Below, piece by piece: positions 57,610 through 64,000 of a DNA stretch of 64,000 nucleotides. This DNA comes from an uncultured Gammaproteobacteria bacterium (GTDB lineage Bacteria > Patescibacteriota > Patescibacteriia > UBA1558 > S5-K13): assembly GCA_964640635.1 (NCBI GenBank), contig CAZXFD010000001.1, forward strand, positions 248,306 through 312,305, read 5' to 3'. A program made the position numbers and the translations under genes. Within the stretch, counting starts at the first letter, position 1. Every line of letters starts with the position of its first letter. Below the pieces are notes generated by a model. It did no database searches and was not told the origin of the DNA. It saw nothing but the letters and a program-made list of their open reading frames with translations.

Positions 57610-59193
57610 ATGAAAAAGATTTTTATAATCTTCGCTTTACTACTTGTTGCATTTTCATTCATGTATGCCTATGATTGGCCTACTATGAATAAACCCCACC
57701 CAACTCATGGTCAAAATGTTTTAAGAACGTTTGGGGACAATATCAGGTTTGGACACAATCGCGGAGACTTACCAGACTCTGTAGCAATCAGAATGGTGAG
57801 AAAATGGATAGGCAATGACGTCGAGTTTTTCACCGTCCCCTATGGTTATAAGTTCATGGGATGGATGTATTATGGAAAGATTAACGCAAGTACTCCCCGG
57901 GTGATAGATGGCCCAATATACATGAAAATTACCGCCGTTTATGATAGTTTGGGAAACATTGTCAGGCAAAATCCAAGAGGAGTTCCTATATATTGCAAGA
58001 TAGTAAAAGACACCTTGAGATATGAAGAAAGTCCAAATGTAATAAACGAGTGGATTAGAAGAAACAATCTCTCGGGATATGTTAATAACTCAATGATGGA
58101 TCTGGAATATACATTTATGTATTTCGGACCTGGCTATGCCAATTCTCCGCAATGCTCAAATGTATGTCTAGGCATAAAACTTGTGCCTAGAAGAGAAATC
58201 CGAATAATCAGAGAACCTTATCCAGTTCCAGTTCCAGTTTATCGAGACTCTGTAAGAACAATCAGAATTGAAGTTCCATCAGAGTCTTTTTCTCCAGAAA
58301 TAGAAGTTGATGGCTGGATGAACTCGTCGTTTACCCAGCTTTACAGACCTCTCGCAGACTCTGTTTATACCCCTGGCATGATTTCATACAATATTACCCG
58401 AAACTACAACGCTAAACAGTCATTCGACTTACTTGGTGGGGCTAGGGTAAGAATGTCCATTTCGGACAATTACAATTGTTATGGAGAAATCGGCGGTGGC
58501 GCAAAAGACGGAGTGGGAGAAATATATGCAAAAATTGGATTAAGACACCTATGGGAAACATCCCTCGGAACTTTTTCAATCGGAGCGGATATCAATCCTC
58601 AATGGTGGCAATTTGTCTATTGGACCTATAGAAAATTCAATATCATAAGCCCAACTCAATATTCTATTGAGTCTAGACAACATAAACCCTGGGTTGAAGG
58701 AATCAATCTTGGAGCTGAGTTGAAGCTTGCTGGAGAAAACAGCTATGCCCTCGTTCATGGATCTTTCGATCCTAGAGCCTGGAATAATGCGTTTGGCCTA
58801 GAGGCTAAAACAGAAGGAAGCTTCTATGGATCTTTATTGGGCAATTATCAATATTTCAGCCCAGATAAGTTCGTAGATGCAGATTCCTTGGTTTTTAAGC
58901 CGAAGAGAAATAATTATTTGGCTGAGGCTAAGCTTGGATTTCGTGTTAAAAAATCTGACTCCGGCAACACCTTCGTCTTTATCGATGGTAGAATGGATCA
59001 TCAAGAGATCCAACAACCTCGAGTCGATGGACATCCGTATTTATACAAGTATATACGGACCGATATAGGCGCTGGCGTACAATTTCCATTTTACTGGGAC
59101 AACGCTCAAGTCATACTGACCTATGTCGACATCAAAGATGGCGACTGGAAAAATTACGGCTGGTGCTTGCGAATCGTATGGAACATCTTTTAA
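57610..59193 (+). CDS. Secreted orphan protein with beta-barrel-like C-terminal half
   Basis: Signal peptide, PYPVPVPV linker, Gly/aromatic alternating strands, terminal LRIVWNIF; AGGAGG RBS. Confidence 0.6.
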   Translation: MKKIFIIFALLLVAFSFMYAYDWPTMNKPHPTHGQNVLRTFGDNIRFGHNRGDLPDSVAIRMVRKWIGNDVEFFTVPYGYKFMGWMYYGKINASTPRVIDGPIYMKITAVYDSLGNIVRQNPRGVPIYCKIVKDTLRYEESPNVINEWIRRNNLSGYVNNSMMDLEYTFMYFGPGYANSPQCSNVCLGIKLVPRREIRIIREPYPVPVPVYRDSVRTIRIEVPSESFSPEIEVDGWMNSSFTQLYRPLADSVYTPGMISYNITRNYNAKQSFDLLGGARVRMSISDNYNCYGEIGGGAKDGVGEIYAKIGLRHLWETSLGTFSIGADINPQWWQFVYWTYRKFNIISPTQYSIESRQHKPWVEGINLGAELKLAGENSYALVHGSFDPRAWNNAFGLEAKTEGSFYGSLLGNYQYFSPDKFVDADSLVFKPKRNNYLAEAKLGFRVKKSDSGNTFVFIDGRMDHQEIQQPRVDGHPYLYKYIRTDIGAGVQFPFYWDNAQVILTYVDIKDGDWKNYGWCLRIVWNIF

Positions 59194-59210
59194 ACCAAAG
59201 GAGGAAAAAG

Positions 59211-60197
59211 ATGAAAATATTCATGTTTATGGTTTGCCTAATCTTGGTCACCATGACTCTTATGTCGTGTGCGCCAAAAACTACAGAGGCAATAGTTCAA
59301 GAACAGCTGGGACAAATGGAGTTCATACTCAAGAACTCTAGCAATAAAAGCATTCCTACAGCCCCAAATAATGCAGAGACTTACATCTCCGGCACAATTA
59401 ATGGAGGTACTTCTGCACAGTATGATTCTTTACGGTTTGTTGGTTATTGGGGAAGCCCAATTACTGTCAATATCAATGTCAGCACTGGCAGAAAAAATAT
59501 CAAGTGCTGGTATAAACAAGATGAGAGGTATGTGCGGTTTTATCCATCAATGACAATGAAAGTGGTAACTCCTGAACATACAACATATATAGATTTACTA
59601 CATGTTGTTGTAAGAGACACACTCTTATCTGATCAAACCGGATATTCGTCACATATGTATTATGATATGGCAACTGAATTTATATTATCATTCAATCAGT
59701 ATGGATTAACGGTTAATCCACTTGAGAATTCAGCGCCATTTGTCAATACAAAAATCGAATATTCCGGCATTGCAGACCCGGCTATTCCCTGGCCAGATGG
59801 AGTCAATGCCTCTACATACAACGAAATTGGTTCTAGTGTTGTAGCTGGAGAACAACTATACATTATTTCAACCTACAACGATCTTCGTGGAGATCGAAAA
59901 ATTCCAATGAGCTATAATAGCACAACTGGAAAATGGGAATTTGAATTTCCCTATCTTCCAACTGCTGGCATGAATTTCAGAATTGAGAAGGCAAGTGGTC
60001 AGCCCTTATTTATGGGCGTAAGACTTATAACCCCACTCGGTTCTGTATCTTGTTACAACATTCATTACTTCCCAGATTCATCTGGGCAAAACACATGGAT
60101 GTTATTTGAAGCATCCTTGGTAAATGGAATTCCTCATATTCCATATCCAGGGGTAAATCAATTACTAAACATTCTTCAGTTGATCATAGGAGAATAA
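59211..60197 (+). CDS. Putative lipoprotein
   Basis: MKIFMFMVCLILVTMTLMSC lipobox-like signal; AGGAGG RBS supports a start at 59211. Confidence 0.65.
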   Translation: MKIFMFMVCLILVTMTLMSCAPKTTEAIVQEQLGQMEFILKNSSNKSIPTAPNNAETYISGTINGGTSAQYDSLRFVGYWGSPITVNINVSTGRKNIKCWYKQDERYVRFYPSMTMKVVTPEHTTYIDLLHVVVRDTLLSDQTGYSSHMYYDMATEFILSFNQYGLTVNPLENSAPFVNTKIEYSGIADPAIPWPDGVNASTYNEIGSSVVAGEQLYIISTYNDLRGDRKIPMSYNSTTGKWEFEFPYLPTAGMNFRIEKASGQPLFMGVRLITPLGSVSCYNIHYFPDSSGQNTWMLFEASLVNGIPHIPYPGVNQLLNILQLIIGE

Positions 60198-60198
60198 A

Positions 60199-60627
60199 AT
60201 GAAGAAAATCATAATACTCGTCGCCTTACTTGTCGCAACAATAATGTTAAACGCTCAGATGCCTTCTGCGATGCAGATTACAACTTCCACGGACGGAACG
60301 TACAATATCGAGTACACAGTCCCATACGGACCTCGTTTCTCGGTCAATCCAGTCGTGGGTAGACAAAAATCCATTGGCAACGTAGCGCTCGATCAAATTC
60401 CAAATATTGAGAGCATTACACCGGTGTTAGTCATTTTTAAAACCAATGATGCAATTCCGGGAACTATAGACATGGAATCAAGAAAGATCACGTTTTCCGG
60501 AATCCAAGCGTCTGCCATCACTGGCAACGTTTGGAACATTGCATTTTTTGGAACCGATAATAATTATTGGCTCCACGGGTTGCAATATCCAGGGAAAGAC
60601 AAAAAACACCGAGGGTTTAAATTCTAA
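60199..60627 (+). CDS. Small secreted orphan protein
   Basis: Signal peptide MKKIIILVALLVATIMLNA; AGGAG RBS; terminator at 60648-60685. Confidence 0.65.
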   Translation: MKKIIILVALLVATIMLNAQMPSAMQITTSTDGTYNIEYTVPYGPRFSVNPVVGRQKSIGNVALDQIPNIESITPVLVIFKTNDAIPGTIDMESRKITFSGIQASAITGNVWNIAFFGTDNNYWLHGLQYPGKDKKHRGFKF

Positions 60628-60689
60628 GCCCTCTACAAATAACAATGAACCCCATCCGGTCGAATGACTTGATGGGGCTTTTTTTATTA

Positions 60690-60831
60690 TTAGCGAGTTA
60701 GCTACTTAGTCTCGTAGCTTCTTAGATAAATACACAGATCAAACGACTACGAAACTACGAAGCTAAGCATCTAAACCAGCTACGTAGCTAAATAACTAAG
60801 TAGCTAACCAACTACGCAACTAAGTAGCTAA
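60690..60831. repeat. Inverted octamer-array element overlapping the ligase 3' end
   Basis: GTTAGCTACTTAGT (60697) versus ACTAAGTAGCTAAC (60795), with CTAAGTAG/CTACGAAG-type 8-mers. Confidence 0.7.
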
Positions 60832-62158
60832 TATACACCCACATAATCCAAAGAAGTGATGTAGAATCCAGTATATTATCTACAGAAGAAATCATAAATA
60901 TTATTAAAATCCCAATAAAAGAAATAAGATATTTTTTATCTTTACTGTGCAAAAATTTCTGTAGAATGATTCTTAATGTTTGAATTATTAAGTTTAAATA
61001 TAAAATTAGACCAATAATCCCAAGTTCTATAACTAAACGAAGATAGTCATTGTGAGCATAGGTGCTTTCATAAACATCCTTAATTTGTTTTTCGCGAAGT
61101 GTTTTGTATGAATCAATTCCATAGCCGATAATAGGAGAGTCATAAATATAACTTGTCATTTCTTGCCACATTTTATTTCTCCATTGCCATGAAGATAAAG
61201 TAGTTTCAGAGGTCGTAAGACGTCTTACAAATTTTATATCATTAAAATCATAATATTTTAAGGGTGTGTAATTAACAGTTACAACAAACAAAAATAATAA
61301 TGTACACAAGGCTAATATGTATTTTGGAAATTTTTTTAATTTATAAATAATAAGTAGTGCAAATATAAGAACTGATGCTCCTATCCAAACACTTCTTGTA
61401 AGAGTAAATAACATAAGAAATAATGTTGTAATTAAGTAGACAAACAACATTTTTTTGTAGTTTTTATTTTGTTCGTGCTGATATTGAATAAAAAACACAA
61501 AGAAGAAAAAAAACAAATTAAATGCATATGCATTTGGATGAGCAAATGTTCCATAGACTCTGCTCATATTTTCTTGACCTATGAATCCACGACTTGATAA
61601 AACTTGATAAATTCCAAATGCTATCGGCAAAATAGAAGATATAAAAATTGTTTTTATAAGATATCCCTTTTTTTCTTTGTATACGGAAAAATAAAAATAA
61701 GATACAAAATATAAAAAATATACTCCAACTAACCTCGTTAACATCCTAATGGAGTCTGAAAAATTTACAGTATATATCAAGCTACAACTTGCACACAGTA
61801 TAAAAAGTGTCCAGGGCCAAAATAGAGGAGTCTTTCTTAGTGTTATTTTTTCTTTCAAAATAATATAAATTGCCCATATTATTATCAAGACACCTAGAAT
61901 AGAAGAAAAATTAAGTTGCGTGATATTCAATATATCAATAAAAATATTTTCAGTATATACGTCAGTAGAGGCTCTTATTACAAGAATAAAAAGCATCCCA
62001 TAGTATGGTTTTAGTATAAAAAGAGGAATAAGAAGACATATTATAAGAACTCCAAGGCTTGATATAAGATCTATTTTTGTAAATATAATAAAAAACATTG
62101 TTGATACAAACAATATTCCTTCAAAAACTATAAAGATAAGATTTTTATTTAACTTCAT
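60812..62158 (-). CDS. O-antigen ligase / Wzy_C family protein
   Basis: Many TM helices; GTFAHPN, TLTRS.W, R...W, PIIGYG, AHNDYL....ELGIIG. Confidence 0.9.
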   Translation of the reverse strand: MKLNKNLIFIVFEGILFVSTMFFIIFTKIDLISSLGVLIICLLIPLFILKPYYGMLFILVIRASTDVYTENIFIDILNITQLNFSSILGVLIIIWAIYIILKEKITLRKTPLFWPWTLFILCASCSLIYTVNFSDSIRMLTRLVGVYFLYFVSYFYFSVYKEKKGYLIKTIFISSILPIAFGIYQVLSSRGFIGQENMSRVYGTFAHPNAYAFNLFFFFFVFFIQYQHEQNKNYKKMLFVYLITTLFLMLFTLTRSVWIGASVLIFALLIIYKLKKFPKYILALCTLLFLFVVTVNYTPLKYYDFNDIKFVRRLTTSETTLSSWQWRNKMWQEMTSYIYDSPIIGYGIDSYKTLREKQIKDVYESTYAHNDYLRLVIELGIIGLILYLNLIIQTLRIILQKFLHSKDKKYLISFIGILIIFMISSVDNILDSTSLLWIMWVYISYLVA

Positions 62159-62206
62159 AACATTTATTCTAATGAAAAAAAAGGGTTTTGTAAATGATTT
62201 AGAGGC

Positions 62207-62240
62207 TCAACCTTCGAGGTTGAACAACCTCGAAGGTTGA
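62207..62240. repeat. REP-like nested palindrome
   Basis: TCAACCTTCGAGGTTG-AA-CAACCTCGAAGGTTGA is a perfect 16-bp inverted repeat, and each arm is itself a hairpin. Confidence 0.75.
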
Positions 62241-62290
62241 ATGTATTTATCTATTGACAACTTCCTAATTCTGTTATAATATAACATATT

Positions 62291-63547
62291 ATGAATATAC
62301 TAATAATAAACAAATTTTATAAGACAAAAGGCGGTGTAGAGCGTCATATTCTTGATTTACAGAGACTTTTAGAACAAAATGGGCATAATGTGCTTATTTT
62401 TGCAACTCGTGATAACAGCACAATTTCAAGCCGATTTATCAAATATTTCCCTAAATATAGAGATTTTTCAAAAGATGCTAGTTTATGGTCGAATATCATC
62501 TCTTTATTTTCTTTTTTTATAAACTTTGAAGCAGTAAGAAAACTTAAAAAACTTATAAGAGAAAACAAAATTGACATTGCTCATGTTCACAATATTTATC
62601 ATCACTTGAGCCCTGCAATACTTAAGGTTTTAAAAAACAACAACATACCTATTGTAATGACTCTTCATGATTATAAACTGATTTGTCCAAATTATAGCTT
62701 ATTTGATTTTCAGACTAATAAGATATGTGAAAAATGTAAAAATGGTAACTATTTCAATTGTTACAGAAACAAATGTATTCAAAACTCCCATGCAAAAAGT
62801 TTTGTCGCAACTCTTGAAATGTATTTTCAGCAAAGATTTTTTCCATACTCAAAATTAGTTGATACATTTATTGCTCCAAGTAAATTTATAAAAAACAAAT
62901 TTTTAGAGTTTAATTTTCCAAATAAAAATATAGAACAAGTTTATAATTTTACCAAATTACAGAATAATACATTTGAAACAAAAGATTATTTCTTGTTTTT
63001 TGGAAGACTTTCAAAAGAAAAAGGATTACAACAATTTATTGAAACACTTTCCAATTTAAAAAGAGATTTTAATTTTTATATAGTGGGATCCGGTCCAGAA
63101 GAAAAAAGTCTCAAAAATTTAGTAAGAAATCTAAAATTAGAAGATAAAATAAAGTTTTTAGGATTTTTTGGAGACGACAGACAAGGTAAATTAGAAATAC
63201 TTATAAACGAAGCAAAATTTATAGTAGTTCCAAGTCTATGGTATGAAAATTGTTCTCTATCCATACTTGAATCTATGGCAAAATCAAAGCTAGTTTTCGC
63301 ATCAAATATTGGTGGAAATTCAGAGCTTATAGAAGATAATAAAGCAGGTATTCTATTCGATATTTATGACAAAAATGATGCTATTGACAAACTTACAAAA
63401 ATAATGGATAATAAAGAGTTAATTAAAGAAATCTCTAACAACGCAAAAGAAAGGGTAAGACAAGAATTTAATAGTGATATCTATTACTCAAAACTAATCA
63501 ATATTTACAACGATCTAATAAATAACAACCTGAAAGCTGGTAGCTGA
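62291..63547 (+). CDS. GT4 glycosyltransferase
   Basis: GGVE, H.HN, TLHDYKLICP, GRLSKEKG, PSLWYEN......E EX7E motif. Confidence 0.9.
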   Translation: MNILIINKFYKTKGGVERHILDLQRLLEQNGHNVLIFATRDNSTISSRFIKYFPKYRDFSKDASLWSNIISLFSFFINFEAVRKLKKLIRENKIDIAHVHNIYHHLSPAILKVLKNNNIPIVMTLHDYKLICPNYSLFDFQTNKICEKCKNGNYFNCYRNKCIQNSHAKSFVATLEMYFQQRFFPYSKLVDTFIAPSKFIKNKFLEFNFPNKNIEQVYNFTKLQNNTFETKDYFLFFGRLSKEKGLQQFIETLSNLKRDFNFYIVGSGPEEKSLKNLVRNLKLEDKIKFLGFFGDDRQGKLEILINEAKFIVVPSLWYENCSLSILESMAKSKLVFASNIGGNSELIEDNKAGILFDIYDKNDAIDKLTKIMDNKELIKEISNNAKERVRQEFNSDIYYSKLINIYNDLINNNLKAGS

Positions 63548-63559
63548 AGGCTGAAAGCT

Positions 63560-64000
63560 ATGCGTATCGCTTATATAGGACAAAAAGGTATCCCAATGAA
63601 ACAAGGTGGCATAGAAGCTCACGTTGAAAATCTTTCTATTGAAATGGCAAGTCGTGGCAATGATGTATTTGTTTACACAAGACCAAGTTATACAGATAAA
63701 AAATTAAAGAAATATAGTGGCATAAACTTAATAAGTATTCCAAGCATCCACACAAAACATTTAGATGCTATAAGTCATACATTTTTTTGCTCTATTCATG
63801 TCTGTTTTCAAAAATACGATATCATTCACTATCATGGAGTTGGTCCATCTCTACTTAGTTTTATCCCAAGGATTTTTTCAAAATCAAAAATAATAGGAAC
63901 TTTTCATTGCCAAGATAGATATCATAAAAAATGGGGTATTATTGCAAAATTTTTCTTGAGCTTAGGAGAGTATGCTGTATGTAAGTTTCCTCATCAAACA
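63560..64000 (+). CDS. GT4 glycosyltransferase, 3'-partial
   Basis: MRIAYIGQKGIP...GGIE.HVE.L, DIIHYH, TFH; runs off the window. Confidence 0.85.
   Translation, partial: MRIAYIGQKGIPMKQGGIEAHVENLSIEMASRGNDVFVYTRPSYTDKKLKKYSGINLISIPSIHTKHLDAISHTFFCSIHVCFQKYDIIHYHGVGPSLLSFIPRIFSKSKIIGTFHCQDRYHKKWGIIAKFFLSLGEYAVCKFPHQT

Noticed and set aside
9409-63264. Numerous short antisense or nested ORFs in the track (e.g. 9409, 12574, 18041-19025, 23504, 31753, 47277, 62344)
   Set aside because: Shadow frames of well-supported genes, with no motifs or start signals.
1-64000. CRISPR array or rRNA genes
   Set aside because: No constant 25-45 bp repeats with unique spacers and no rRNA-like sequence were seen; the heptamer arrays have no spacers.
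1-64000. Alternative genetic code 25 (TGA=Gly) as in Gracilibacteria/Absconditabacteria
   Set aside because: Long conserved genes are uninterrupted in code 11, and TGA ends genes in ATGA overlaps (8475, 24144, 35418).

Overview
Very AT-rich bacterial chromosome segment read in genetic code 11 (TGA is used as stop). It is most likely a Patescibacteria/CPR (Parcubacteria-like) genome; this is inferred from the DUF5652/DUF5659/DUF5661/DUF4012-type genes, the VirD4-like ATPase pair and the lack of Shine-Dalgarno sites on core genes. Layout: (1) 1-11.5 kb, a surface-polysaccharide cluster (split transketolase, RfbH, GT2/GT10/GT11, priming sugar transferase). (2) 11.6-22.9 kb, housekeeping and orphan genes (FN3 surface protein, tRNA-Glu, Dus, CorA, VirD4-like ATPase, dnaX). 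(3) A ~14.9 kb capsid-less, phage-satellite-like element integrated in tRNA-Gln(CTG). It carries integrase, excisionase, small terminase-like protein, AAA helicase, a candidate pseudoknotted ncRNA and a Mod-OLD nuclease-Res-HEPN defence operon. (4) rlmH, an SPFH gene and unannotated basic mini-genes. (5) A streamlined uvrB-uvrA...uvrC locus interrupted by a defence islet (DUF3800 with a convergent ncRNA, DpnI-like, HNH), a RAYT and a GIY-YIG/palindrome unit. (6) Small conserved genes, DUF4012/Wzz, a GC-richer three-gene secreted-protein insert, an O-antigen ligase and GT4 genes. All protein calls come from motif recognition by eye; no database search was run.
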